Positions 17,210 through 27,263 of a stretch of DNA of 64,000 nucleotides are shown here, one piece after another. The notes below the pieces were generated by a model. It searched no databases and was not told the origin of the DNA. It saw only the letters and a list, made by a program, of their open reading frames with translations. The position numbers and the translations under genes were made by a program. Positions within the stretch are counted from its first letter, which is position 1; each line of letters opens with the position of its first letter. This DNA is from Spirochaetota bacterium (GTDB taxonomy: Bacteria; Spirochaetota; UBA12135; COTS27; JAFLEE01): NCBI GenBank assembly GCA_017302015.1, contig JAFLEE010000019.1, forward strand, positions 2,551 to 66,550, read 5' to 3'.

Positions 17210-18100
17210 TTAGCCGCCCCGCTTCCGGTATTCCCGCGGCCCCACGCCGAACTCCCGGGAAAAGAGGCGAGAGAAATAGAGCGGGTCTCCGTAGCCGACG
17301 GCGGCAGCGATCTCTTCGATACGGTGGCCCGTTTGGCGGAGCATGAGGGCGGCCTCGCGCAGGCGCAGGCGCCGCACGTAGGCCATGGGCGAGGTGCCCG
17401 TGCGCGCCTTGAACACGCGGCCGAAATGGTCGAGACTGAGCCCAGCGGCCGAGGCGAGTTCGGGGAGGGTGAGGCCCACGTCGTCGTAGCGGGCCTCGAG
17501 CGCCGTGAGTACCCGCTCCACCGGTCCCACGGGCGCGGGATCCCCCGAGGCGCCGCCCTGCTCGCAGAGGATCGCGAGGATCTCGAGGAGCGAAGCCTTC
17601 ACCTTGGCGATGCACGCCGCCGAACAGCCCGGCTGGGAGGGATCGAACATGGCGAGGCCCGGATCGTAATCGGTGGGGGAGCGCCCCTGGCGCAGGCAGG
17701 CGCGCCGCAGGCGCCCGAAGGCGTCGATGAGTTCGCCCGGGTTCTCGATGGGGGCGGCGCTGAAGACCGGCTCCCGGGCGAACCGGGCCCGAAGCGCCGG
17801 GGGGGCGTGGGAGGCGTCGAGCAGGAAGCACCAGGCCCGGCCCGTGACGGGCTTGTCGGGTGAATGGTTTCCGAAATGGACGGTGTGGAGCGTCGCCCAG
17901 CCTTCGGGCACGTCGAAGAGTCGGTCCCCGAGGCGCAGGCCCTCCACCGAACCCCGCTCGAAAAAACTGACCTCGAGGTGGGGCGCGCTCGGATTGCTGA
18001 AGCGCAGGATCGGGGTGGAGCCCGCGAAGAGGATTTTCGGCAGAGGGGCCTTCTCCAGCCAGGCGAGGCAGTCCGAACCGAAGGCGCAGATTTCGTCCAT
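17210..18100 (-). CDS. AraC-family transcriptional regulator.
   Basis: C-terminal HTH (LTLPELASAAGLSLDHFGRVFKARTG...YFSRLFSREFG). Confidence 0.8.
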   Translation of the reverse strand: MDEICAFGSDCLAWLEKAPLPKILFAGSTPILRFSNPSAPHLEVSFFERGSVEGLRLGDRLFDVPEGWATLHTVHFGNHSPDKPVTGRAWCFLLDASHAPPALRARFAREPVFSAAPIENPGELIDAFGRLRRACLRQGRSPTDYDPGLAMFDPSQPGCSAACIAKVKASLLEILAILCEQGGASGDPAPVGPVERVLTALEARYDDVGLTLPELASAAGLSLDHFGRVFKARTGTSPMAYVRRLRLREAALMLRQTGHRIEEIAAAVGYGDPLYFSRLFSREFGVGPREYRKRGG

Positions 18101-18165
18101 GTTTTGCAGGTTCTCGCTATTTTAATATCCCCAGGAAATCCTACACTATCCGCAGAGGATCTTAA

Positions 18166-18489
18166 ATGGAAAGCAGAATTCATCCCGAACTCGGTGCTGA
18201 CGTCCGCCCCGCCCCTTCGGAGGCCAGGGGGGTCGCCGCCTGGGAGTTCACGGGTTTCCTGGCGGGTTTCGCGGGGTGCGCCTGCCTGGCCGCCCAGTTG
18301 ATCGCCGAATGGCGGGCCGCGACGACGAGTCTCTCCCCGGTGAACACCGTGGGCTTCCTGATCATCTTCGCCTTTTGGGCGGCCTACGGGTTCCGCTTCG
18401 GCCGCAAGGCCATGTGGATCACCAACGGGGTGGCCGTCGTGCTCCAGGCGGGGCTCATCATCGTGTCATTGTCTAAATTAGCGCGTTAG
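18166..18489 (+). CDS. SemiSWEET-like small sugar transporter (3 TM, 107 aa).
   Basis: Pattern G.lAgfag...laAQli..w......S....vgFliifafWaaYGf.....witNgvavvLq matches SemiSWEET/PQ-loop topology, with AQ in place of PQ. Adjacent to a glycoside hydrolase gene. Confidence 0.5.
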   Translation: MESRIHPELGADVRPAPSEARGVAAWEFTGFLAGFAGCACLAAQLIAEWRAATTSLSPVNTVGFLIIFAFWAAYGFRFGRKAMWITNGVAVVLQAGLIIVSLSKLAR

Positions 18490-18510
18490 CCGGTCAGGGG
18501 CCGCTATTCT

Positions 18511-19875
18511 ATGGAGGACATTCGCATCGACACGAACCGCCCCATCGGCCCCATGCGCCCCCTCCACGGCGTCAACGGGAGCCCCGTGAGTTTCGGGGGG
18601 CTGGTGGATTCCACGGCCTTCTATCGAAAAGCGGGTTTCCCCTTCATCCGCCTCCACGACACGAATTGGCCCCATCCGCGGGAGGTGGACATCCCCCAGA
18701 TCTTCCCCGATTTCTCCGCGGATCCGTTGGATCCGGCGAGCTACGATTTCCGGCGCACCGATGCCCTTTTGGACCATTGCCAGGCCACCGGGGCCCAATT
18801 GATCTACCGCCTGGGGGTGAGCATCGAGCATACCCCGAAGAAGTACTTCGTGGATCCCCCCTCGGATTTCGAGAAATGGGCCCTGGTGTGCCTCCAGATC
18901 GTCCGCCATGTCAACGAGGGATGGGCGGATGGGCATCGCCGGGGCATCCTCCACTGGGAGCTTTGGAACGAGCCCGACAACCAGTTTTTCGAAGCGGACC
19001 GCGCGAAAGATCCCATGTGGAGCGGGACGCCCGAGCAGTACTTCGATCTCTACGCGATCGCCTCGCGGAAACTGAAGGAGGCCTATCCGGCCCTGCAGGT
19101 CGGGGGCTACGCGGCTTCCCGCGTCGATGGCCGCTACGCCCCGTTCCTCGCGGGCTTCCTGGCCCGGGTGGTTCGCGAGTCCCTGCCCCTCGATTTTTTC
19201 TCCTGGCACCGCTACGCCGCCGAACCGCAGGTGGTGCTCCACGACAGCGCCCTGGTGCGCCGCCTCCTCGACGCCCACGGCCTTGTTCACACGCGTTCGA
19301 TCTGCGACGAGTGGAATTATTGCCCCGAGGGGGAGAAGCCGGATCCGCGGCCCTTCGCCGGGGAGAGCGACGCGGCCGCGCGAAGCGGCCGGTTCTCCGC
19401 GTCGTCGAGCCACAAGGGGGCCTCGTTCTGCGCGGCGACCCTCATCGGCCTCCACGACGCGGCCTGCGATACGGCCGCCTATTACGACGCGAGCCCTACG
19501 AATTATTATTGCACCCTCTTCGACCGCTACGGCTATCCACAAAAACCCTATTACGCCTTCGTGATGTACCAGGAACTCAAGGACCGGGGCGCACGCTTGG
19601 CCGCTTCGCCCAGTGGTGGCGGACTCTACGCCCTAGCCTCCGGAAATCCCGATCGAGGGGGGATCTTGGTCACCGCCTGGGAGGGCCCGAGGGATGTCCA
19701 TCTGCACTTGTCGGGGCTGGATGTCGGCGCCCGCTACCGCTTCCAAACCCACTTGACGGACGGAACCCATTGCCATACCCTGGTCGAAGAGAATGCCGGG
19801 AAGCCGCCGGTGGACGGATTGAAAATCCATCTCGAGGAAAAGGCGACCCTCCTTTTGACTTGGGACCTCGAATAA
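18511..19875 (+). CDS. Glycoside hydrolase, clan GH-A (GH39/GH5-like).
   Basis: LHWELWNEPD catalytic acid/base region typical of clan GH-A (beta/alpha)8 enzymes. 454 aa. Confidence 0.6.
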   Translation: MEDIRIDTNRPIGPMRPLHGVNGSPVSFGGLVDSTAFYRKAGFPFIRLHDTNWPHPREVDIPQIFPDFSADPLDPASYDFRRTDALLDHCQATGAQLIYRLGVSIEHTPKKYFVDPPSDFEKWALVCLQIVRHVNEGWADGHRRGILHWELWNEPDNQFFEADRAKDPMWSGTPEQYFDLYAIASRKLKEAYPALQVGGYAASRVDGRYAPFLAGFLARVVRESLPLDFFSWHRYAAEPQVVLHDSALVRRLLDAHGLVHTRSICDEWNYCPEGEKPDPRPFAGESDAAARSGRFSASSSHKGASFCAATLIGLHDAACDTAAYYDASPTNYYCTLFDRYGYPQKPYYAFVMYQELKDRGARLAASPSGGGLYALASGNPDRGGILVTAWEGPRDVHLHLSGLDVGARYRFQTHLTDGTHCHTLVEENAGKPPVDGLKIHLEEKATLLLTWDLE

Positions 19876-19895
19876 ATCTCCCCCCAGGAAGACCC

Positions 19896-21329
19896 ATGCT
19901 GAAGGTCCGTGAACTCTATTGCCCCTCCCATTTCGGGAATAGCTTCGAAGTCGCCGGGCGGCGGGAGATGGAGGATTTCCTGCGGGGCGCCAAGGATTGG
20001 GGGGTGAACCGCTATAGCGATTGGTTCGATCCCATCGACCTCTATGATCCGTATGAGCCTTCCAATAACCCGCGGAATCTATTCAATTTTCCGGAGTCGA
20101 TGTGGCGGCAGAAATTCGACCATTATCGGGCGGCCCATGAACTCGGGCTCGAATTGGGGCTCGTGCTCACCCCCAACCACGTCTACACGGACCAGCTCGG
20201 GAAGGCCCGGGCGGCCGTCCAGGGCGAAGATCCCGTCCACCGCACCCATGTCTTCGGCCAACTCCTCTGCCCGTCCGATGCCGCGGCGCGCCGCATCATC
20301 CTGGCCAATCAAGAGAACCTCTTCCGATCTTTCCGGGAGCGGGGGATGGCCCTCCGTTCCCTCTCGCTCTGCCCCTATGATTATGGCGGATGCCTGTGCG
20401 AAGCGTGCCGTCCGTGGATCCAAACCTTCGCCGCCCTCGCCCGCGACATCGCCCAGCTCGCCGAATCCTTCTTCCCCGGCATCGAGGCGAACCTCATCGG
20501 CTGGTGGTGGAGCGAAGCCGAGCACCAACTATTTCCGTCCTGGTGCGGGAGCCATGCGCCTTCCCGTTTCCATTCCATGGCCTTCCACCTGCCCTATGAT
20601 GCCGTGGGCTACGATCCCTCCAAGCGGCCCATCCCCGATGGATGCAGGGAGCGCTCCTTCGTCCATGCTTGCTACGGGGACGCCGTGGATCTTCCGGGCA
20701 TCGGGCGGCATAATTACGGCCATTTCGGGGCCCCGGTCGCCGCCCGGCGGATGGCCGCCACCCACGCATTCCTCGCCTCGCGCAAGGCGGAGGGCTGGAT
20801 GGCCTACACCGAGGGTTTCCACGCCGATTTGAACGTGGCGCTTTTGGCGGCCCTCGGGAGCGGCCAAGCCTCGAGCGCGGAGGCGGTGCTGGAAGAATAC
20901 GCCCGCAGGCATTTCGGTGGGAAGAACGCCGCGCGTTGGGGACGCTGGCTATCGGGTTTCATCGACCCCAAGAACCTCGATGTCCACGGGGCCCGGCGGG
21001 AATGGATCGACCTCGGGGGGGAGCAACTCGATGGATGGCGAGCGCGTCAGATGGAAGGAACGCTGCGCCTCTTCGAATGCCATCAGCGCGTGGAACGGGA
21101 ACCGTCTTGGAGCCCCGCGCGCATCGCCGCCGCCGACGCCTTTTGGGAGGCGAAAGAGCACCTCTACCGCAGCGTATGGGGGCTGGGCGTGCCCCGGCAT
21201 ATCTTCCAGATGGACGGCCAAGTGCCCGCCTGGCACGCGGCATACCTCGAGCATCAAGGGGCCATGCCCCGAAGCGCGCCGAGCCCAAGCACCGGGTTGA
21301 AGGCCCCCAAGGATTTGGACGAGACTTAA
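19896..21329 (+). CDS. Hypothetical protein (477 aa), possibly a carbohydrate-active enzyme.
   Basis: ATG at 19896 (MLKVRELYCPSHF...). The listed ORF 18666..21329 is an in-frame run-on across the previous gene in a different context. Confidence 0.5.
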   Translation: MLKVRELYCPSHFGNSFEVAGRREMEDFLRGAKDWGVNRYSDWFDPIDLYDPYEPSNNPRNLFNFPESMWRQKFDHYRAAHELGLELGLVLTPNHVYTDQLGKARAAVQGEDPVHRTHVFGQLLCPSDAAARRIILANQENLFRSFRERGMALRSLSLCPYDYGGCLCEACRPWIQTFAALARDIAQLAESFFPGIEANLIGWWWSEAEHQLFPSWCGSHAPSRFHSMAFHLPYDAVGYDPSKRPIPDGCRERSFVHACYGDAVDLPGIGRHNYGHFGAPVAARRMAATHAFLASRKAEGWMAYTEGFHADLNVALLAALGSGQASSAEAVLEEYARRHFGGKNAARWGRWLSGFIDPKNLDVHGARREWIDLGGEQLDGWRARQMEGTLRLFECHQRVEREPSWSPARIAAADAFWEAKEHLYRSVWGLGVPRHIFQMDGQVPAWHAAYLEHQGAMPRSAPSPSTGLKAPKDLDET

Positions 21330-21444
21330 CTTCGCCCTTAATGGTGCGCCGGGGCGCGCCGATGGGCCGGGCGGGCGCCATTTGATAATCGGCACGGGGC
21401 GGGGTATGCTTGGTCAGGCCCGCCCACCGGGGCCGCTTCAATTC

Positions 21445-22155
21445 ATGAAAGCGCCCGCCCAAGAACTCGCCCTCACGGCCCGCCGCTACGGGCCCATGAT
21501 GGGGGCGCTACTGGCCCTCTACCTACTCACGGCCATCGCCACGGGCTCCTATTTGAAGCACCATGGGGCCTTGAGCGCACAGCTCTCCGGCCATCTCGAA
21601 GACGCCATCCGCAGCAAGGGCATCCTCCCCCAAGACGCCCCACGATCGCCGAACGCCGCCGTGAACGCGGGGGCCGCCGAAACGCCCCACGGGGACCGCG
21701 CGGGATATAAAGAGACCATCCGCGGCCTCGGACATGCGGGAACCCTCGGAGTGGCCCTGCGCATCTTCAAGAATAATGCCATCGCCGTGGTCGCGATCCT
21801 GGTGTTCAGCCTGGTGCCGTTTGTTTATTTCCCCGTGATCGCGATCCTGACCAACGGCGTCGCTTTGGGCATCGTCATGGCGGACCGCATGCACGGGGCG
21901 GGGTGGCTCTCCCCCTTCCTACGGAGCCTCCTTCCCCACGGGGTGACCGAACTCACCGCCATCTTCCTGGCGGCCTCCCTCGGCATCGCCCTCTGCACCG
22001 GGATGACCCGCAGGGTGCTCCGCCTTCCACCGAAGGAGCCCATAGACCTCCGTGAACGGGCCGCAAGGGTCCTGCGGCCGTTCGTACTCCTCGTGCTTCC
22101 CCTCCTCCTCGTCTCGGCGTTCATCGAGGCCTTCGTGACGCCGCGCCTATTCTGA
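21445..22155 (+). CDS. SpoIIM/DUF95-family membrane protein.
   Basis: Multiple TM segments and an IFKNNAIAV motif typical of DUF95. The start is uncertain (21382, 21406 or 21445). Confidence 0.45.
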   Translation: MKAPAQELALTARRYGPMMGALLALYLLTAIATGSYLKHHGALSAQLSGHLEDAIRSKGILPQDAPRSPNAAVNAGAAETPHGDRAGYKETIRGLGHAGTLGVALRIFKNNAIAVVAILVFSLVPFVYFPVIAILTNGVALGIVMADRMHGAGWLSPFLRSLLPHGVTELTAIFLAASLGIALCTGMTRRVLRLPPKEPIDLRERAARVLRPFVLLVLPLLLVSAFIEAFVTPRLF

Positions 22156-22227
22156 GAAGGCTGGTTCGGCGGACGTGACGGCGCATTTCGCAGAAGGGTG
22201 CCGGAGCGGGCGAACCAAGGAGAACCG

Positions 22228-22647
22228 ATGGAAATCGAGATCAGGACCGGGGTCGAATGCATGGATTTCCCCAGGGTCGCCGCCCTGCTGGCCACGGCCT
22301 ATTGGAGCCCCGGCATCAAAGAGGCGGAAGTCAGGAAGGGCGCCCTGCATTCGGCCCTGGTGGTGGGCGCCTTCCATTCGGGCGAGCAAGTCGGCTACGC
22401 CCGGGCGATTTCCGACACGGTGCGCTTCGCCTACCTCGCCGACGTCTTCGTCGACGAACGCTTCCGGGGGCAAGGCATCGGGAAAATGATGGTCGGCCAT
22501 ATCCTCCGCCACGAAACGCTTCGCGAGGTCTACCAGTGGGTCCTGAAAACGAAGGACGCCCACAAGGTCTACGAGAAATTGGGATTCGGCGCCCTAGGGG
22601 GCGTAGATAAATGGATGGAAATCTGGAGCCCGAGACCGGCGCGCTGA
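22228..22647 (+). CDS. GNAT-family N-acetyltransferase.
   Basis: Acetyl-CoA binding motif region (RGQGIGKMMVGHIL). About 139 aa. Confidence 0.7.
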   Translation: MEIEIRTGVECMDFPRVAALLATAYWSPGIKEAEVRKGALHSALVVGAFHSGEQVGYARAISDTVRFAYLADVFVDERFRGQGIGKMMVGHILRHETLREVYQWVLKTKDAHKVYEKLGFGALGGVDKWMEIWSPRPAR

Positions 22648-22823
22648 AGCGCGAGAGCCGAAGGCTCGTCAGGGGTTCAATCTCACCCGCGGTTCGGCGG
22701 GGCTTTCTTTCATTGCGCTGAGAAACAAGATAAAGCCTTTGGGCTTCATCCAGAATCGCGCCCCCGCGGTTTGATTCCGGAGCTCGGTCGAGGTATCTTG
22801 GGTGTTTCTCTTTAGGAGTTCCC

Positions 22824-24158
22824 TTGGCATCCTCGAACCCGCCCGACCTGAAACGCCTCGTTCCTTGGATCAATTACCTCATTTTTTTCGCCGTGCTCAA
22901 CGAGACGGTGTTCAACGTGTCCACCATCAAGGTCCAGGAGCAGTATGGACTCACCGAGGCCGGGGTGAGTTGGATGATGACGGTGTTCATGGTGTGCTTC
23001 GCCATCGGCATGGTGGTCTTCGGGCGGCTGTCCGACCTCTTTGCCGCGAGGCGCCTGGTGCTCATCGGGATCCTCACCTACGCCGCGGGGTCCCTCGCCG
23101 GCTTTCTCCTCCAGTTCTCCTATCCCCTCGTCCTCGCCTCCCGGGCGGTGCAGGGGGTGGGGTGCTCGGCCATTCCCGCCCTCGTCTTCGCCATGGTGGC
23201 CAAATACTACGAACCGGGGGAGCGGGGGCGCCTTTTCGGTTTCATCACCTCCACGGTCTCCTTCAGCGTGGCCCTCGGGCCCGTCATCGGGGGACTCGTC
23301 TCGGGAACGCTGCACTGGTCGTTCCTCTTCCTTATTCCGTTGGCGACCCTCGCCGCGATCCCGGCATTCCGCAGGATCCTCCCCCGCGAAGCCCGTAAAG
23401 CCGGCGGCGTCGATCTCATGGGAGGCGCCCTCGTGGCGGCCACGGTCGCGGGCCTCGTGCTCTTCCTCAACTTGGGGGATTGGCGCTATGGATTCGGTGC
23501 CCTGGCCGCGTTCGCCGGTCTTTTGGCGCGGCTCTTCACGGCCCGTGAGCCGTTCATCGACCCGTTCCTCTTCCGCAACGGGAGGTACGTCGTGGGGGTG
23601 GTGGCCGCCGGCGGGCTCTTCACCTTCGTGCTGGGCGCCGTGTTCATGATCCCCCTCCTCCTCAAATCGGTGCATGGCTTGGAGGCGCGGGGCATCGGCC
23701 TCGTGCTCTTCCCCGGGGCGCTCATCGGCGCCTTCCTCGGGCCCTGGGGCGGGAGCCTCGCCGATCGCCGGGGCAACCCCTTCGTCATCGCCACGGGATT
23801 TCTCCTCCTCGCCCTGGGCCTCTCGGCCATGGGGTTCTTCTTGGCGGCGTCCCCGTGGGTGATCCTCGTGGCCCTCGTGCCGTTTTACGTGGGTTTCGCG
23901 TTTTCCCAGACGGCCCTGGTCAATAGCGTGACCCAGGTCCTCAGTCCCGAGAAGAGCGGTACGGGCATGGGGGTCTTCAACCTGCTGGGCACCCTGGCCG
24001 GGGCGGTGGGGATGGCCTTCGTGGGAAAGATCCTCACCCTGCACGGGCGCGGGGCCCCGCTCTTCGAAGCCTTCATGCTGGCCTTCGCCCTCGGCCTCCT
24101 GGCCCTCGGCGGGCTCTTCCTTTGGACCTTCCGCAAGCGCCCCGTGAACGCCGAATAG
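22824..24158 (+). CDS. MFS transporter.
   Basis: 12-TM hydrophobic profile. Motif GRLSDLFAARRL (MFS signature A-like). Confidence 0.8.
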   Translation: MASSNPPDLKRLVPWINYLIFFAVLNETVFNVSTIKVQEQYGLTEAGVSWMMTVFMVCFAIGMVVFGRLSDLFAARRLVLIGILTYAAGSLAGFLLQFSYPLVLASRAVQGVGCSAIPALVFAMVAKYYEPGERGRLFGFITSTVSFSVALGPVIGGLVSGTLHWSFLFLIPLATLAAIPAFRRILPREARKAGGVDLMGGALVAATVAGLVLFLNLGDWRYGFGALAAFAGLLARLFTAREPFIDPFLFRNGRYVVGVVAAGGLFTFVLGAVFMIPLLLKSVHGLEARGIGLVLFPGALIGAFLGPWGGSLADRRGNPFVIATGFLLLALGLSAMGFFLAASPWVILVALVPFYVGFAFSQTALVNSVTQVLSPEKSGTGMGVFNLLGTLAGAVGMAFVGKILTLHGRGAPLFEAFMLAFALGLLALGGLFLWTFRKRPVNAE

Positions 24159-24337
24159 GCAGACCGAACCGCCCACGGGTGCGGGCCCCACATCCTCCGG
24201 GAGCTTAAAAAGTACCCAAATCGTGCCGACTTCTTCCATACTTTTCCCGAAATCCCGGCGAGGGGGGAGGGGGTCCATGGAATAATTCTCCCGGCTTTGG
24301 CGGAGCAGAAAGCGATGCTTGGAAGGAGTTGGATCCC

Positions 24338-25678
24338 ATGGCGTTTTTCCGAACGGTTTTTTCCATCGCTGGCCTCATGAACTTCGCCCTCGCCCAAGAC
24401 GCCGCCGAGGTGGCGCGCCTCATTGCGGCGAGCCAGGCCGGCTCTCCCCGGCTGCTCTTCCAGGTCGAAGGTTCTTCCATCCCCTCCATCCAGCCTTCCT
24501 CCTTCTCCCATCCGGAGGAAACGACGACGCGCGGCGGGATCCCCAATGCCCTGAAGAAACTCGAGGCCGGCGAAGCGGTCACCCTCGCCTACCTCGGGGG
24601 GAGCATCACCCGCGCCGATGGCTATCGCCCCCTCTCCGCCAAATGGATCCAGGAGCGCTACCCCAAGGCCAAGGTGCGGGGCGTCAACGCCGGGGTGAGC
24701 GGCACGCCCACCGATCTGGGGGCCCTGCGCGTCGGGGAGCAGGTGCTGGCTTTCAAGCCCGACCTGGTCTTCGTCGAGTTCGCCGTCAACGGCGGCACGG
24801 TCGAGGCGATGGAAGGCATCGTGCGCCAGATCTGGAAGCGCGACCCCTCCATCGACATCGTCTTCGTCTACACCATCATCGAAGCGTGGTGGAAGGGCTA
24901 CGCCGAGGGGGTCCTCCCCAAGAGCGTGGTCGACTACGATCGGGTCGCCGCCCATTACGGCATCCCTTCCATCCACATGGCCCGCGAGGTGAGCGAATTG
25001 TGCAAGTCGGGAGCCGTCGTCTTCAAGGGCACGGAAGCCTCCGCGGCCGGCCGCATCGTCTTCTCCACGGATGGCGTGCATCCTTACGACCGCGCCGGGG
25101 CGCGTTTCTACGCCGCGGCCATCGCCCGGGGGTTCCAGAAACTCGCGGGGGTCGGCAAACCCGGGCCCCATGGACTCGCGAAACCCCTCACCGAAGATCC
25201 TTGGGAGGATGCCACCATGCTGCCCCCCGAGAAGGCGGTTCTTTCCGCGGGATGGAAGAAGGTCGATCCGTCTTCCGTGCCGCTGCTCGCCGCCTATAAG
25301 GGGTGGTTCGAGCAGATCTATACGGCCGAGGCGCCGGGCGAACGCATCGCGTTCCGATTCCGCGGCAAGGGCTTCGGGCTCTTCGATGTCGGGGCGCCCG
25401 AAGTGGGCCAGCTGCGCATCACGGTCGACGGCCGGGAGGAGAAGCCGCTCAACCGTTTCGGGGTGAATTGCAATAACCGCAGCCGGGGCCAGTACGCCTT
25501 CCTTCCCCTTCCCGACGGGGAACATCAAGTCATCCTCGCCATCGACCCCGAGATCCCCGATAAAAAAGCGATCCTCGGCCCCAACCAGCAGGCGGACATC
25601 GGCGCCCACCCGGAGAAGTACGACCGGCGCGCGATCTATCTCGGGCGCATCCTACTCAGGGGAACGCTCCTGGACTGA
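24338..25678 (+). CDS. SGNH/GDSL-family hydrolase (putative carbohydrate esterase).
   Basis: YLGGSIT (GDS-x-T-like block I) and DGVHP (block V, DxxH). Confidence 0.6.
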   Translation: MAFFRTVFSIAGLMNFALAQDAAEVARLIAASQAGSPRLLFQVEGSSIPSIQPSSFSHPEETTTRGGIPNALKKLEAGEAVTLAYLGGSITRADGYRPLSAKWIQERYPKAKVRGVNAGVSGTPTDLGALRVGEQVLAFKPDLVFVEFAVNGGTVEAMEGIVRQIWKRDPSIDIVFVYTIIEAWWKGYAEGVLPKSVVDYDRVAAHYGIPSIHMAREVSELCKSGAVVFKGTEASAAGRIVFSTDGVHPYDRAGARFYAAAIARGFQKLAGVGKPGPHGLAKPLTEDPWEDATMLPPEKAVLSAGWKKVDPSSVPLLAAYKGWFEQIYTAEAPGERIAFRFRGKGFGLFDVGAPEVGQLRITVDGREEKPLNRFGVNCNNRSRGQYAFLPLPDGEHQVILAIDPEIPDKKAILGPNQQADIGAHPEKYDRRAIYLGRILLRGTLLD

Positions 25679-25702
25679 GCCCCCCATTCGGGGCAGGCCG
25701 TT

Positions 25703-26761
25703 TCAGCGCGCCGGGCCCGTTGATTCGCGGACCACGAGGCTCGGCGCGAGGCGGATCTGCCATCGGGAAGAGCGCACGCCGGAGCGGCTTCGCTCTTCGA
25801 TGACCGAGAGGGCGGTGCGGGCGAAGCCCTCGAAATCTTGGCGCAGGGTGGTCAAGGGCGGGTGGGCCTTCGTCGCCAGGCCAATATCGTCGAACCCGCA
25901 GACGGAAAATTTGTGGGGGATGCGCAGGCCGACATCCCGGGCGTACTTCAGGAATTGCACGGCGAGATGGTCGTTGGCGAAGCAGAGGGCGGTGGGCCGG
26001 GCAGCCCCGCGGGAGAGCGAGCGCACGATGGCGTCGAGCACGACGGGGGTGGCCGTCCAATCGCCGGGCTTGTAATCGACCAGGCACTTCTTCTCGACCG
26101 GCAGGCCTCGGGCGCGCAGCGCCGCGCAGAAGGCGTCGAGGCGCTCGATGAAATGGGCCTGGGGCGCCGACCCGCGGGGGTCGAGGGAATGTCCGATGAA
26201 GGCGAGGCGGCGATGCCCCAAGTCGGCGAGGTGGGCGACCAGGGCGTTCATGCCGCTGGCGTTATCGGTGGTTACGCGGTCCCAGCGGGGGTAGAGGCCG
26301 TCCGGCTCTCCCGGGCGGTTGACGGCCACCACGGGGAATCGGTCGGCCCAAGCGCCCACCAGGGCGTCGGGGGCTTGGGCGGCGACGATGGCCCCCCAGG
26401 CCGAGAGGCCGCGCAGGGCCTCGGGGTCTTCGGGATGGTAGAAATGGACGACGAGGTCGCGCCCCCGGCTGGCGCAGGCCGGCTCGAGGGTTTGGATGAG
26501 CTGCTCGCGCAGCCCGTACTGGTAATTCTCGGAGCGGTTGCCCCGGTTGAGGGCCGGCAGGACGAGGGCGAGGTTCCTCCCGCGCAGCGGCACCACGCCC
26601 CGGCGCGCCAGGCGCGCGAGGTGGTCGAGGATCTTCTTCTTCTTGTCGGGGGCCACCTTGGCGCCCGAAGGGTCGGCGAGCACGCGCGAGACCGCGGATT
26701 GGGAGAGGCCGAGGGCGTGGGCGACGGCCATCTGGGTGGTGCGGTCTTTTTTCGTGGCCAT
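25703..26761 (-). CDS. LacI-family transcriptional regulator.
   Basis: N-terminal HTH (TQMAVAHALGLSQSAVSRVL) plus a periplasmic-binding-like sugar domain. Confidence 0.85.
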   Translation of the reverse strand: MATKKDRTTQMAVAHALGLSQSAVSRVLADPSGAKVAPDKKKKILDHLARLARRGVVPLRGRNLALVLPALNRGNRSENYQYGLREQLIQTLEPACASRGRDLVVHFYHPEDPEALRGLSAWGAIVAAQAPDALVGAWADRFPVVAVNRPGEPDGLYPRWDRVTTDNASGMNALVAHLADLGHRRLAFIGHSLDPRGSAPQAHFIERLDAFCAALRARGLPVEKKCLVDYKPGDWTATPVVLDAIVRSLSRGAARPTALCFANDHLAVQFLKYARDVGLRIPHKFSVCGFDDIGLATKAHPPLTTLRQDFEGFARTALSVIEERSRSGVRSSRWQIRLAPSLVVRESTGPAR

Positions 26762-26891
26762 GGGGGATTATCGCACGGATTGCATAAAAAGTGCATAAAA
26801 TATTTTTCCGGAACGCCACCGTTTCCCCCCTCTGACGCGCTGGACGGGCGCACGGGTCCGCCGTGGATGGCACAATCGATCGGGGGTCCCC

Positions 26892-27239
26892 ATGGAAGAA
26901 ATCGAACGCCTCACCCGCGCCGCCCTGAAATTCCGGGATGAACGCGACTGGGCCCGCTTCCACACGCCCAAGGATCTCGCCGCGAACCTGAGCATCGAGG
27001 CGGGAGAACTCCAGGAATGCTTCCTCTGGAAAGCATCGGAGGAGGCCGACGCGGAAAGGGTCGGCGAAGAACTGGCCGACGTGGTGGTGACCGCCCTGCT
27101 CTTGGCCCACCATTACCGCTTCGACCTGGCGGCGCTGGTCGAGAAGAAACTCGCGCAGAATGCGGCGAAGTACCCCGTGGACCGGTTCAAGGGAAAGAAT
27201 CTGAAGTGGGACGACGCGCGGGCGGCCGGCGGAACCTGA
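26892..27239 (+). CDS. MazG-like nucleotide pyrophosphohydrolase (small, single domain).
   Basis: EAGELQEcFlWk...E.gEELADVvvtaLlLA pattern of MazG/NTP-PPase domains. Confidence 0.7.
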   Translation: MEEIERLTRAALKFRDERDWARFHTPKDLAANLSIEAGELQECFLWKASEEADAERVGEELADVVVTALLLAHHYRFDLAALVEKKLAQNAAKYPVDRFKGKNLKWDDARAAGGT

Positions 27240-27263
27240 GCCCGCCCCCGCGGGGGGCGACCG

